Positions 11,982 to 22,696 are shown, counted from the stretch's first letter. The stretch is DNA of 64,000 nucleotides from an uncultured Acidobacteriota bacterium (GCA_963804995.1 CAWDSK010000001.1:384001-448000), one strand, 5' to 3'. Numbers and translations are program-made. Notes: generated by a model from the letters alone, not told the origin.

Positions 11982-13775
11982 TTACTTCTTGGTCGCCGCT
12001 TTCTTGGTGGGTGCTGGCTTGGGTGCCGGCTTCTCCATGGGCTGTTTAGCGGCGGGTTTCTGTTGTCCCATCAGCACGCTCAGGTCATCCGCGTTATACG
12101 GGTAGTAGCGGAGCGACGTTTGACCCGTGGTGCTGAGCTTAACGTCCACGCGACGGTTGTTGGCCATGCGGAATTCGTAGAGATTGCGTTCCACACGCTT
12201 CTTATCTTCGGAGCTGATATTGGGGTTCTGTTCGGTCAGGTCGCGAACCTCTTTATCGGTGAGGTTCTGTTCTTTCCCGAAAGCCTGCGTCTCGATGCTG
12301 GCAGCAGGAACCCCGTGGTCAACCAGATAGCTCTTCACACGGTCGGCGCGGCGTTGTGACAAGGCTTGGTTGAACTCTACGGAGCCGCGATGGTCGCAAT
12401 GCGCTCCCAAAATCAAGTGTGCCTCAGGCCGGAGCTGGAGATACTGCTTGAAATTGGAAACCATATCCTCCAGGCGCTTTTCCTGGCTGGACACAAGGCC
12501 GCCCTCGGGAGCGATCACAGTGGGCAAATTCCACGGAAAGTAAACGCTGTTGAAGGCGAGCCTGGTCTCAAGCGTAGCTTCGCTTACGGCTGACTCCGCC
12601 TCAATCGAGCCCATGATATGCAAGGTCGCGGTCTTCGTCTCTGACCCCCCGCAAGCATTGCTGGCATGCAGAGTGTAAGTGACGGTCTCATCGATCGTTC
12701 CAGGGGAGGTCTTGGTGGGTTTGATTGGAATCGAGCGATCGCCACTGGCTCCCACTGTGCCCAGGGGATCAACCGAGACACTGGTCGCGTTCCCGGCAGA
12801 CCAACTCACCGTGGCGTTGCCCACCTGGTCAACTTTCGAGCCGACCTGATGGTAACGAACCTCTCCCGGCGACACATTCAAGGAAGCCTGGATGGCCGTG
12901 TTGACGGTGACGTTGCCGTCCGAAGTGTAGATCCCACCCGGCCCGGCAGCGGTGAACTTATAATCGGTGGTTTGGTTCGGTTGCACCGTCTGGTCGCCGG
13001 AAGCCCCGACCGCGCCAACCCCGCTGATCTCGTACTTGACGGCGCCATCGGAGGACCAGGTTAAGCGAGCGGAATCCCCGCAATTGATCTGGCCAGGAGT
13101 GGCGGAGAACTGGCCGGAAACCTTCTGGACGGCCACTTCCGCACTGGCGATGCCGAATTTGAAGCGCGGCAGCTCTTTCAACTGCTCGCCGCGCGACCAG
13201 GGCACGGTCTTGCGCACGCCCTTGCCATTATCCACCACTACGCGCTGGTTCACGGGCACATCAACCGTGGTCGTCCAGGCCCCGGCGGGGAGATTGCCAT
13301 GGTTCAGCACGGTCAATTGATACTTCCCGGCGGGAACAACCAATTCCTGCTTCCAAACCCATTCGTTGTCTTCTTCGTCGCCATGTCCAACAAAGAAGGC
13401 AGGGTCCGTGCCATTCAAAAGGACGGCATCACGGTCCGCCCCTTCCAGCGTGATGCACCCCCAGGGACCGGTGACCGTACTGGTGATGGCTTGCATCGTC
13501 ACTTCGATCACGAGTGTCTTATGGCCCGTGATTGTGACCGTGCGGGATTCGGGTTTGTATCCGTAGTTGTACATATCAATCTTGTGTTCTCCGGCATCCA
13601 AGATAGCGTAGTGGCCCCGCGCGTCGACAACGGGCTTGCCGTCGGCAAAAATGTACGCTGTCGCCGGGGACACACGGACGATTAGATGGCCTAGCTCTGC
13701 CTTGGCAGGCCGCGCGCTAATCAACAGCACAGCAGCTATGGCCGTGAAAAGATAGCTGAGATTACGGACACGCAT
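11982..13775 (-). CDS. Secreted OmpA-domain protein with PEGA/Ig-like N-terminal region
   Basis: Signal peptide after ATG at 13775 with AAGGAGG RBS; AHCDHRGSVEFNQALSQRRADRVKSYL and NRRV OmpA_C motifs. Confidence 0.85.
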   Translation of the reverse strand: MRVRNLSYLFTAIAAVLLISARPAKAELGHLIVRVSPATAYIFADGKPVVDARGHYAILDAGEHKIDMYNYGYKPESRTVTITGHKTLVIEVTMQAITSTVTGPWGCITLEGADRDAVLLNGTDPAFFVGHGDEEDNEWVWKQELVVPAGKYQLTVLNHGNLPAGAWTTTVDVPVNQRVVVDNGKGVRKTVPWSRGEQLKELPRFKFGIASAEVAVQKVSGQFSATPGQINCGDSARLTWSSDGAVKYEISGVGAVGASGDQTVQPNQTTDYKFTAAGPGGIYTSDGNVTVNTAIQASLNVSPGEVRYHQVGSKVDQVGNATVSWSAGNATSVSVDPLGTVGASGDRSIPIKPTKTSPGTIDETVTYTLHASNACGGSETKTATLHIMGSIEAESAVSEATLETRLAFNSVYFPWNLPTVIAPEGGLVSSQEKRLEDMVSNFKQYLQLRPEAHLILGAHCDHRGSVEFNQALSQRRADRVKSYLVDHGVPAASIETQAFGKEQNLTDKEVRDLTEQNPNISSEDKKRVERNLYEFRMANNRRVDVKLSTTGQTSLRYYPYNADDLSVLMGQQKPAAKQPMEKPAPKPAPTKKAATKK

Positions 13776-14040
13776 GAGAGTCGCCTCCTTTACAGTTAAC
13801 TGCTCCTTCATTGATTCCAAAGCTCATTCAGGATAGGGCGGATTATACCATAGAATCTAGCATTTTCAAGTACACGCAAACGATTGGAGCATTCTCGGCG
13901 GCGGCGTGTCTGTTCAAAACAGCTCAGTTTGGCGGTAAATCAGTTCGGAACCCCAATCTGCCCCTCATGCAGCAGACACCTCAGACACCGCCCTCTCTTG
14001 CCCCAATACTGTTCACTTAGAGTTGCGAGATTGCTATTCG

Positions 14041-14186
14041 ACCCCCTCACCCCCTGACCCCTCTCCCCCAAAGGGGCGAGGGGAGAGTTGGTTTGAGGGG
14101 TTTGGATCTTCAACCCTCGCCCCCTTGGGGGAGAGGGTGGCCCGTAACCGGCGCTTTCATCAGCCGGGGCGGGACGGGTGAGGGGG
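14041..14186. repeat. REP-like palindromic repeat family A (CCCTCACCC/CCCTCTCCC...GGGAGAGGG); related copies near 21573-21646 and 35905-35974
   Basis: CCCTCGCCCC(T)TGGGGGAGAGGGTGG...CCGGCG...TCATCAGCCGGGGCGGGACGGGTGAGGGGG is nearly identical at ~14114 and ~21573; all copies intergenic. Confidence 0.8.
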
Positions 14187-14421
14187 TTCAAGCCTCAGAT
14201 CGCCTAAATGAACAGTATTGTCTCTAGCCCGCCTTTCTGACCGATTTGTTTGCCACCCAAAGCTTGGGCTACCCCGCCAGTGCCGCGATCCGCATTTTAT
14301 CGCGATTATTTCCAAATGTATAATAGCGCCGGCGGTCCTTTTTGACTTCGTCTGTGACCCCCGGAGCCGGGCAAATCCTGGCATGAAAAGTGGCGGTCGC
14401 ACCTGAACCAAGGCCGCTCCA

Positions 14422-17211
14422 TCACCATTCGAACTCAACGCGAGTCCTCCGGACGGAAAACTCCCCGTAAGGCGCAACCCGCAGAGTGCGCAGGTGGCGG
14501 GGTTGGTCCGTGTAGGGCAGGACAAAGGAGAGAAGGTTCTTCGTCCCGGCCGGAGAGAGATAGGAGTCGGGAAGATAGAACTCCTTCTGGGGGCCGACGG
14601 TAACAAAGCGCCCCACGAATTTTCCGTTCAAATAAATCAGCGCGTCGCAGTCAGCGTCAAAGACCACCTTCCAAGGCACTATCCAGCCCTCCGCCAATGC
14701 GGGGAGCTCGAATTCCGCCCGGCCCCACGTAAAGGACGGAACCGCCCCCGGGTTTGTCCCTGCGCCCAGGAACGATGCTGGGGTCCAGGCCCCGAAGGCC
14801 GGGTCAAGCTCACGCCCTCGCATCGGCGCGGCGAATCGCTGAACCTGCCAACTCGTGAGATCTTTGGCGGAGGGAAGGCCGGCCCCCACGCCTACCGATC
14901 GGAGTCCTTTCAACTCGCCCAGGTTCTCCCCACCGTTGGGAGCGCCGAAAAGTTCGTAGGAGATTTCCAGAAGGTTGTTCCCCGGCTGGGCGTAATTGGC
15001 AATGGCAAAATCGACTTCCTTTTCCGTGTTTGAGGCTTCAGCCACAAATCTGCCGTTGATGAAGACTTTCTTTGCGTCGTTGGCCAGGGCCGAGATGAAC
15101 ATCCTGGACTCTGCGCTGGAACTGAACTGGGCCCGGTACTTAACGTAACCATAAGGCACTGGACCCAGATCCTCCAGAGCATGCAAGGGTCCGGTCAGCC
15201 AGGCGCCCGCGCTGGGATCAAACTTCTCAACCCAGGCGCTTCCCTCATTCAAATTGATGGGCGCGTAAGGCAAATGGGGTGTCGAGACATGGAGGTGCGC
15301 GGTGTGCCAGGGTCGATCGTATCCGAAATCCGTGAGGACGTTGTCGATACGGCATTTCGAAGGACGCGGGGGAAGCATTATTTCGATATCGTGTTCCCCG
15401 GGAAGAAAGTCCAAATCCATCCAGGCTCGCGACTTGAAAGTGCCCGACCCCGCCAGCGCGTAAGCGTCGCTCATGACGGGCGCGGCCACGGTTTTGGTTT
15501 CCTCTGAGCCGGGAATGATCTTAGGAGGAAACTCCCAGATGAACGTGTGCAGAGCTTTCTCCCGCGGCAGAACGATAAGCTGCAGTTGGTCGAAGTACAT
15601 GAGCATCTTCGGTTTCGGTCCGACCTGCACGCCGAAAACCGAGGATTCGTACTCCTCATCCCAATACTGATAGACCGTCTCACCTTCCAGCCGGGGTTCC
15701 TTCTCCGTGCCGAGACTGATTTCCGCGACACGTCCGGGTGTGTCATAAAGGATCAGGAAGTCGCGGTCGAGGTTGACGCCGTGGGCTAACACTTCCGCCG
15801 TGGAGTAGCACAGCCTTGCCCCGCTGACCGGGATCTGCACGGGCAGCATCTTCATCTCGCGTGCGCCCAGCTCCAATTGGCCCTCGCGTGGCGCCACAAT
15901 CTTGCGCTGGCTGGGGCTATGCGGGTCAGTAAAGGTCATCTTAAATTGCTGCAGCGCGTTCGAGTTCTCGCGCACGAAGACTACACCGGCTGCCCCGTTG
16001 GCGCGTTCGCTTACACTGACGTTCGAATTCGTCGATTGCGATCCCTCTAGCTGCTGAGCGCGGGTCAACACGTTACCGAACACCCGCAGGGATTGGCAGA
16101 TGGCACGGGCTGCGTAGAACTTTTCCCACAGCCCGCCCGGTTCACGGATGGGCGCGGCATAGTCATAAGTCGTGGTAAGGGTCTTCGCGGCCCAGTCGAA
16201 ATTTGTGCCGCCGAAGCCCATGTAGTAGCTGAAGGAGGTGACGCCCAGCTCTAGCGCAGTCTTGGTGACCATATTGATCTGCGCGCCGTCGACACCCTCT
16301 TGATCCACGGAAAGCTTGTCGCCGAACTGGCTGAACCACCCGCCCTGGAGTTCGCTGATCGCCACAGGTGAGGAGGGTTCCTCCCGGCGCAACTTCTGCA
16401 GCGCCGGCGTGAGTTCATCCACAATCTTCCAGCGCGGATAAAAATTGCACGTGTCCATGATCCGCGCCATGTCGGGGTCAGTGTTCTCGCGCGCCTGCTT
16501 CGTCCAGCAGGTGATCACCGGTACATCGATGCCGGCGTTCCACACCATCTGGGCGAGGGCGCGAATGTACTCGCGCTTCTCGGCGTCAGGAATCGGCTCA
16601 GAGAAGTCATACTCATTCTCAACCTGCACCATGATGATCGGACCGCCCATCGTAACCTGGTGCTTCTGGATGATGGGAAGGACCGCGTCATACCAATGCT
16701 GGGAGGTCCGCAGGCTCGCCGGGTGCGGGGTGCGCAGCGGGAACCGTTGGGCAGCCACCCAGGAAGGGAATCCGCCGCGCTCCCATTCCGCGCAGATGTA
16801 AGGGCCGGGGCGCGCGATCAGAAAAAATCCCATCTCGTGAACCAGTTTGATGAAATCTTCAAATTCCGTCAGGTTCACCTTGCCTTCCTGCGGCTCGTGA
16901 TAGTTCCAGAACACGTAGGTTTCAATCGTATTGAATCCCGCCAGCTTGAATTTCTGCAAGCGGTCGCGCCACAGGGGTTTGGGGCAACGGGGATAATGAA
17001 ACGCGCCGCTCACCACAAACGTATCGCGGTCGTTGATGGTGAAACAATTTGCGTCGTAGCGGATGATATGCGGATTTTGAAACTGCATTTGACCGGCGGC
17101 GGGCAGCCTGGCCGCATAGGTTTGAAGGCCGCCACGGCCCCATCCGTCCAGGCTTGCGGCCAGCGGGACTGTAACCGCGCTGCGAAGGAAATTCCGGCGG
17201 GATGATTTCAT
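14422..17211 (-). CDS. Tat-exported GH35 beta-galactosidase
   Basis: MKSSRRNFL Tat signal; SGAFHYPR, ETYVFWNYHEP, RPGPYICAEW, QVENEY, YMGFGGTNF, TTYDYAAP GH35 motifs. Confidence 0.92.
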   Translation of the reverse strand: MKSSRRNFLRSAVTVPLAASLDGWGRGGLQTYAARLPAAGQMQFQNPHIIRYDANCFTINDRDTFVVSGAFHYPRCPKPLWRDRLQKFKLAGFNTIETYVFWNYHEPQEGKVNLTEFEDFIKLVHEMGFFLIARPGPYICAEWERGGFPSWVAAQRFPLRTPHPASLRTSQHWYDAVLPIIQKHQVTMGGPIIMVQVENEYDFSEPIPDAEKREYIRALAQMVWNAGIDVPVITCWTKQARENTDPDMARIMDTCNFYPRWKIVDELTPALQKLRREEPSSPVAISELQGGWFSQFGDKLSVDQEGVDGAQINMVTKTALELGVTSFSYYMGFGGTNFDWAAKTLTTTYDYAAPIREPGGLWEKFYAARAICQSLRVFGNVLTRAQQLEGSQSTNSNVSVSERANGAAGVVFVRENSNALQQFKMTFTDPHSPSQRKIVAPREGQLELGAREMKMLPVQIPVSGARLCYSTAEVLAHGVNLDRDFLILYDTPGRVAEISLGTEKEPRLEGETVYQYWDEEYESSVFGVQVGPKPKMLMYFDQLQLIVLPREKALHTFIWEFPPKIIPGSEETKTVAAPVMSDAYALAGSGTFKSRAWMDLDFLPGEHDIEIMLPPRPSKCRIDNVLTDFGYDRPWHTAHLHVSTPHLPYAPINLNEGSAWVEKFDPSAGAWLTGPLHALEDLGPVPYGYVKYRAQFSSSAESRMFISALANDAKKVFINGRFVAEASNTEKEVDFAIANYAQPGNNLLEISYELFGAPNGGENLGELKGLRSVGVGAGLPSAKDLTSWQVQRFAAPMRGRELDPAFGAWTPASFLGAGTNPGAVPSFTWGRAEFELPALAEGWIVPWKVVFDADCDALIYLNGKFVGRFVTVGPQKEFYLPDSYLSPAGTKNLLSFVLPYTDQPRHLRTLRVAPYGEFSVRRTRVEFEW

Positions 17212-17468
17212 GCGAGTGACTCCCTTACTTCCAGGTTCGAAGAACGCGTCGCACAAGTTCTGCCACCGGTGCGTGCGACGCGAAACCACCTGAAGAGTTG
17301 GAAGTATAGAAGTGTGCGGGCGCGTCTGCAACCGGTCAGAAACTGAAGCGGGGAAAAGGAAGAGCGGCGCTAAACAGGCTGCGGAAAAACGCAAAGGATA
17401 ACCACCCCGTCGCTCAGCGCGCCACGGAAATCAGGAGGGGAGCTTTTACAGAACTCCCCTCCTCAGAT

Positions 17469-17567
17469 GAGGCTGTCTCAAAACTGGCAAATTCACGGTT
17501 TTTACGACGAATAATCAATAACTTACGCTGTGCAAAAGTCAGAAATACCTAGTTTTGAGACAGCCTC
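17469..17567. mobile_element. 99-bp MITE with perfect terminal inverted repeats, inserted in a REP hairpin loop
   Basis: GAGGCTGTCTCAAAACT...AGTTTTGAGACAGCCTC flanked by duplicated AGAT; the uninterrupted target is seen at 22593. Confidence 0.8.
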
Positions 17568-17758
17568 AGATGAGGAGGGGTGGCGCGCCGAGCGACGGGG
17601 TGGTGCTGACTCCGGGGTGGTGATGAGCAAGGAATAAAGGGGTGGTTATAGCTTCCCCTTAAGCCCCGGGGTGGTTATCCTGGGCGTCTTTCCACAAGCT
17701 CTAAAGCCACGCCCTTCCGAGGGCCATGAATAATGTCGCCTATTAATGCAGCTAAGCA

Positions 17759-18283
17759 TTAGAAGCGCTTTGCCCGCTTTTGCAGGATCAGGTCGCAGTA
17801 TGACAAGGGGACAATGTGGGCTGAAGAGATGGCGAACAGCGTCTGAAATTTCCTGGCCTGGGCGCGCACCTTCCGGAGATCGCCCGACTTGGTGATAGCT
17901 TCCACTTCCATAAACTTCCCCAGGCCGCGTACCCGGTCGAGATGAATCTTGACGTTGCCGACGAAATAAATCTCGCGGCGCTTGTCGACCACCGCCAATA
18001 TTCCCAGCGCCTGCGCAAGAATCGTCCGCACGGAGTTCCGGCGCGGCAACAGCATCATGTCGATCGTGGAGCGCCGGGCGCGTCGAGTGTTAGTCCGTTT
18101 GTAGAAGATCAGGGCGTTTTCGATCCGTCCTTGTCGCAGCTTCAACCGTCCGGTCGCGACCTGGAAGTAGGTGTCAATCTGATGATCCGTCCCCAGGAAC
18201 CGCGCGCGCAGGCGCTTGAGCGTGGAGCGGACGTGGGATTCGTTGTAGAGATAAGCCTTGAATTCGAAGTTGAGGCGTTTCAT
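17759..18283 (-). CDS. CYTH-domain protein (class IV adenylate cyclase/triphosphatase-like)
   Basis: NFEFKA ExK motif, QIDTYF, RLKLR, VDKRREIY, HLDRVRGLGKFMEVE. Confidence 0.88.
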   Translation of the reverse strand: MKRLNFEFKAYLYNESHVRSTLKRLRARFLGTDHQIDTYFQVATGRLKLRQGRIENALIFYKRTNTRRARRSTIDMMLLPRRNSVRTILAQALGILAVVDKRREIYFVGNVKIHLDRVRGLGKFMEVEAITKSGDLRKVRAQARKFQTLFAISSAHIVPLSYCDLILQKRAKRF

Positions 18284-18429
18284 GGGTTCGAATCCTTCAA
18301 CGGTTCGGAGCGCTGCCAATCTTCCGCTTGCCATGCCCTGATGTCAAGCGCGCCTCCTGGCAGCAGGTTTTCCGATTCGAGGGTGGGCAAGCCGGGCGAA
18401 TGGCGTTATTCTCTCACCACCGCGCCGCG

Positions 18430-19143
18430 ATGAAAACGAAATTGCGAACCCGCTGGAACCTCACGCCGCGGGAGGCCATGCGTCTCCAGGAGAAACTGCG
18501 CGAGTGTGTCGAAAGGGACAACCGCTTCCAAACCATCCGTTATGTCGCCGGAGCGGACCTGGCCTTTGACCCGCAAACCAATTTTGCCTTTGCCGGAGTG
18601 ATCGTGTATCAGTTTCCCCAACTCCAGGAGGTGGAGCGGCGTATGGCTCGGCGCAAGCTGCGGTTTCCTTACGTGCCGGGGTTGCTTTCTTTCCGCGAAA
18701 GCCCCGTGCTCCTGGCTGCCTTCGAACGGGTGCGGACCGAAGTAGACCTGATTCTGATCGACGGCCACGGCATCGCACATCCACGCCGCTTCGGGATTGC
18801 CTGCCACCTTGGCCTGCTCTTGGACAAGCCCACCATCGGGTGCGCGAAATCGATCCTGGTGGGCGAGGCAGCGGATTTGCCCGCGCCGGCCGGTTCCACA
18901 ACTCCGCTTGTCGACAAAGGTGAGACGGTCGGGATGGTGCTCCGCACGCGCGACAACGTGCAGCCGATCTACGTCACCACGGGGCACTGCGTGTCACTTG
19001 AGTCCGCCGTGTCTATCGTGCGCCAGTGCCTGGATGGATTCCGCATCCCGAAACCGACTCGCGAGGCTGATCACTTCGTGCGCGACCTGCGCCGGGCTTA
19101 CCAGCAAAGCCGCTCGCCGAAGCCGTTCGGAACCGCCGGGTGA
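18430..19143 (+). CDS. nfi: Endonuclease V
   Basis: VAGAD, FPYVPGLLSFRE, IDGHGIAHPRRFGIACHLG, IGCAKS, RIPKPTREAD. Confidence 0.95.
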   Translation: MKTKLRTRWNLTPREAMRLQEKLRECVERDNRFQTIRYVAGADLAFDPQTNFAFAGVIVYQFPQLQEVERRMARRKLRFPYVPGLLSFRESPVLLAAFERVRTEVDLILIDGHGIAHPRRFGIACHLGLLLDKPTIGCAKSILVGEAADLPAPAGSTTPLVDKGETVGMVLRTRDNVQPIYVTTGHCVSLESAVSIVRQCLDGFRIPKPTREADHFVRDLRRAYQQSRSPKPFGTAG

Positions 19144-19232
19144 GCCGGGCAGGCTCAATGCTATAATCCGCCGCAGGGGCGCGTAATGAGCAAAACTATC
19201 GTGGCCATCGCTGTGCCCCAGATTTCATCGCC

Positions 19233-19436
19233 ATGTCGGCATTGTCAAAAGAAATTGATCGCGTCGGGCTGTGCGCCACCTGCAAGCAGGCGCGACAAGT
19301 GCGTACCGACCGGGGTTCCGTCTTTTATCAATGTCAGCGTTCGGCCGTAGACCCGCGCTATCCCAAATACCCCGGCTTGCCGGTTCTCCATTGCCCAGGC
19401 CATGAGTTGAAGGCGAAAGACGAGCAGAAGAACTGA
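19233..19436 (+). CDS. Small Cys-rich hypothetical protein
   Basis: GLCATC...RGSVFYQC...DPRYPKYP.LPVLHCPG; fits the intergenic gap. Confidence 0.7.
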   Translation: MSALSKEIDRVGLCATCKQARQVRTDRGSVFYQCQRSAVDPRYPKYPGLPVLHCPGHELKAKDEQKN

Positions 19437-19563
19437 GAAGGCAGAGGGTCGAGCGCCTACCCCTTGGCGGGTTCGACGATTCACCCGCGGACCGTGTAGA
19501 ATGGAGGCAGTGGGGTGAACGCGCGGCTGGTCTTAACTTGCTCAAGCTCTGCGGAGGGAAGGA

Positions 19564-19806
19564 ATGAAATTTCCGGTTGAACCTGAAGATGTCAAAGTCT
19601 TCCATGGACGCAGTACGGGGCTCCAGGTGATGTGCACGTGTGGTTGCATCAACTTTAATTACCTCGATCCCCAGGACACTCTTTGGAGATGCCGGAACTG
19701 CGGACGGGTTTTGACCAATGACTTCCCTCGTCTGCTGGAGCGGGCCGTGGCCCTTCAGAAACAGGTAACCGCTGATGCTGCGGCGGCTGCGCCTATTCAA
19801 AGTTAG
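19564..19806 (+). CDS. Small zinc-ribbon protein
   Basis: CTCGC and CRNCG motifs; purine-rich RBS. Confidence 0.65.
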   Translation: MKFPVEPEDVKVFHGRSTGLQVMCTCGCINFNYLDPQDTLWRCRNCGRVLTNDFPRLLERAVALQKQVTADAAAAAPIQS

Positions 19807-19819
19807 GAGGAAGCAACCC

Positions 19820-20299
19820 CTACTTGATGTGGCAACTAGCCAGGCCGCGCTTTTCGAGATACTGCTGGTGATAATCCTCCGCCCGCCAGAACTCCGCAGC
19901 CGGAGTAATCTCCGTCACAATTTTCCGTTTGAAAGTCCCTGACTTATCGAGATTCTCTTTTGACGCTCGGGCCGCCGCTTCCTGCTCCGGGGTATGGAAG
20001 AATATCGCGGTGCGATATTGTGTGCCGTAGTCGGGGCCCTGCCGGTTGAATTGCGTAGGGTCGTGGGACGCCCAGAAGACCTTCAGGAGATCGGCGTAGG
20101 AAACCTTGGAGGGGTCGAAGGTGACTTCCACCACTTCCGCATGACCGGTTTGGTCGGTGCAAACGTCGCGATAGGTGGGGTTTTTGAGTTGACCGCCCAT
20201 GTAACCCACGGCGGTCGAAACCACCCCGGGAACCTGGCGGAAGGCCGCCTCCACTCCCCAGAAACATCCGGCTCCGAACGTGGATTTTTCCGTAGCCAT
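19820..20299 (-). CDS. msrA: Peptide-methionine (S)-S-oxide reductase
   Basis: [33 protein letters not shown]. Confidence 0.97.
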   Translation of the reverse strand: MATEKSTFGAGCFWGVEAAFRQVPGVVSTAVGYMGGQLKNPTYRDVCTDQTGHAEVVEVTFDPSKVSYADLLKVFWASHDPTQFNRQGPDYGTQYRTAIFFHTPEQEAAARASKENLDKSGTFKRKIVTEITPAAEFWRAEDYHQQYLEKRGLASCHIK

Positions 20300-20333
20300 G
20301 TTTCCCCCCCTCGATAGGCTTCCTTGGACCTAA

Positions 20334-20455
20334 CCGGCTGTTGAAGAACCCATACGGTGCGACGTAGCGGCGGGTTTACCCCGCCATATGGCGGCGCGAG
20401 GCCACCGCGAAAATGGCGGGGTAAACCCGCCGCTACGTCGTTTTACATCAGCCTG
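20334..20455. mobile_element. IS-end-like MITE enclosing a REP doublet
   Basis: Left CCGGCTGTTGAAGAA, right (reverse complement) CAGGCTGATGTAAAA, CTAA on both flanks; interior GTAGCGGCGGGTTTACCCCGCCAT...ATGGCGGGGTAAACCCGCCGCTAC. Confidence 0.55.
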
Positions 20456-20739
20456 CTAAGTCTGCGATAGCAAAGTTGTAAACGAGCTCAAGCCCCGTGT
20501 ATTTCCTCCGCGGCGTCTGCTCGGCAACCTACGGAGAATCCCCTTCAGTATACCACTCTGTCATACGCATAAAGAGATTCGCGAACTGGGGATAGTGGCT
20601 CATTTTGATGTTGTAGCGGCGAGTTTACCTCGCCATATGGCGGCGTTAAGCCGCCTCTACCTCAAATTGCACTACTACCAACCGGGGCGGACTTACATTA
20701 GAATGGCGGGCGGCTACTGCTCCCCCAGGAGGTTCTACG

Positions 20740-21429
20740 ATGGAAGCTTTGCCTGCTCCCGTGCTTGATCGGCTCCGCGAAATCACCAGCCCCACGGTTG
20801 CCAATGCCATCGAGGTTTTCAATGTGCGACCGCGCAGCCAGGGATTCATGCGTCCGGAAATCCACTGCATTTTCCCCAACCTGGGCGTCATGGTGGGCTA
20901 CGCGGTGACCGTCAAGATCCGCGCCGCCTCACCCGGCGCCGCAGGGGCCACCGTTCACCCCAGCGTGCATTGGCAGAAGATTCAGCAGGTGCCCGCCCCG
21001 CGCGTGGTGGTGGTGGAAGACCTGGACGATCCGCCTGGCCTCGGTTCCTTCTGGGGAGAGGTGAACGGCAACCTGCATCGCGCCCTGGGGTGCGTCGGCG
21101 TCGTTACTAATGGCGGGGTTCGCGACCTGGAAGAAGTTCAGGCGCTACGCTTCCATTTTTTCGCGCAGCACATTTCCGTCTCTCACGCCTACGTCCACAT
21201 TGTGGAGGCGGGAACTCCGGTGCGCGTTGGCGGCCTGACCGTGCGCCCGGGGGATTTGCTGCACGGGGACCGGCACGGGGTGACCACCATCCCGCTGGAT
21301 TTGGCCACCAAGATTCCGGAAGGCGTAGAAACCGTGGCCCGCATGGAACGCGAGCTCATTGCCTATGCGCAATCCCCCGGTTTCACAGTCGAGGGGTTGA
21401 TAGCCCTTTGGCGCCGCTTGCGGGGCTGA
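20740..21429 (+). CDS. RraA/HMG aldolase family protein
   Basis: GYAVTV, WGEVNG, VTNGGVRD, VRPGDLLHGDRHGV. Confidence 0.88.
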   Translation: MEALPAPVLDRLREITSPTVANAIEVFNVRPRSQGFMRPEIHCIFPNLGVMVGYAVTVKIRAASPGAAGATVHPSVHWQKIQQVPAPRVVVVEDLDDPPGLGSFWGEVNGNLHRALGCVGVVTNGGVRDLEEVQALRFHFFAQHISVSHAYVHIVEAGTPVRVGGLTVRPGDLLHGDRHGVTTIPLDLATKIPEGVETVARMERELIAYAQSPGFTVEGLIALWRRLRG

Positions 21430-21735
21430 AGGCGGCAGAGCCGCTGGCCAATTGTCGGAAGCTCGTTGATGATTCGAGAACCCCCTCACGCCTTGCCCCT
21501 CTGTCGCCGCGGTGACCGAGGGGGGAGTTCATTTGGATCTACTCGGATGGGAGGGTCGATTGGGATTCGTAGCCCTCGCCCCTTTGGGGGAGAGGGTGGA
21601 CCGCAACCGGCGTTTTCATCAGCCGGGGCGGGACGGGTGAGGGGGTCGCCCTGAAACAAATTGAAGGTGAGACTTTGTTCGCGAACTTCTGACTCAGGAC
21701 ATTAGCCAATTCTTCCGCTGAGAGGAGTATTCATT

Positions 21736-22539
21736 ATGCGAAAGTCACTGATAATCTTGACGGGCTGCCTGATGGTAGCGGCGCTTGGGGCGATGCTCGC
21801 CACCACCCCGATACCCGCAGTTCCCCAGAAGGCAGACCAAGATTGGGAGATTCACGACCGCAATCGCCCCCAGCCACCCGTTGTCACTTCGGGAACGGCC
21901 AGCACACAGGACAAACCGGGCCTTCCCCCCTCCGACGCCGTCGTTCTGTTTAACGGGAAGGACCTCTCCAACTGGGAGAGTATCAAGGGGGGGCCGGCGT
22001 TGTGGAATGTTGGCAACGGCTATTTTGAAACCGCTGCCAAGACCGGAGATATCCAGACCAAGCAGGCGTTCGGCGATTGTCAATTGCACGTGGAATGGGC
22101 CACTCCCAACCCGCCGCACGGCGAAGATCAGGACCGCGGCAACAGTGGTGTTTTCCTGCAAGGGCTTTACGAGATCCAGGTGCTCGATTCATATCACAGT
22201 GTGACCTATGCCGATGGACAGGCCGCCGCCGTTTATGGTCAATATCCCCCCTTGGTGAATGCCTCGCGCCCGCCCGGCCAATGGCAAACCTACGACATCA
22301 TTTTTCATGGGCCGCGCTTTGACCAGGCCGGGAAAGTATTGCGGCCGGCAACCGTCACCGTAATTCACAACGGCGTGCTGGTTCAGGATCACACCGTGAT
22401 CATGGGACCGACCATGCACAAGCAGCGGCCGCCTTATCGCGCCACGCCGGAAAAATTGCCCCTCCGGTTACAGGACCACAACCATCCGGTGCGTTATCGC
22501 AACCTTTGGATCAGGGAGATTCCTGAGGAGAGGCAGTAA
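21736..22539 (+). CDS. Secreted DUF1080 (3-keto-disaccharide hydrolase-like) protein
   Basis: Signal peptide; LFNGKDL, GNSGVF, YEIQVLD, WQTYDI, LQDHNHPVRYRNLWIRE. Confidence 0.9.
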   Translation: MRKSLIILTGCLMVAALGAMLATTPIPAVPQKADQDWEIHDRNRPQPPVVTSGTASTQDKPGLPPSDAVVLFNGKDLSNWESIKGGPALWNVGNGYFETAAKTGDIQTKQAFGDCQLHVEWATPNPPHGEDQDRGNSGVFLQGLYEIQVLDSYHSVTYADGQAAAVYGQYPPLVNASRPPGQWQTYDIIFHGPRFDQAGKVLRPATVTVIHNGVLVQDHTVIMGPTMHKQRPPYRATPEKLPLRLQDHNHPVRYRNLWIREIPEERQ

Positions 22540-22592
22540 CTCAAAGCTGTCCAAATTAGCGAGTCCCGCGAGTGGTCAACACGGCGAAAACA

Positions 22593-22640
22593 CTCCCCTC
22601 CTCAGATGAGGAGGGGTGGCGCGCCGAGCGCCGGGGTGGT
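22593..22640. repeat. REP-like repeat family B; other copies near 17454-17604 (MITE-interrupted) and 46139-46185
   Basis: CTCCCCTCCTCAGATGAGGAGGGGTGGCGCGCCGAGCGCCGGGGTGGT and close variants. Confidence 0.8.
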
Positions 22641-22696
22641 GCTGACATACTGCACAGCCATGGCGTGCCCTCGCTTCTTGGAACCGAGGCACGTCA

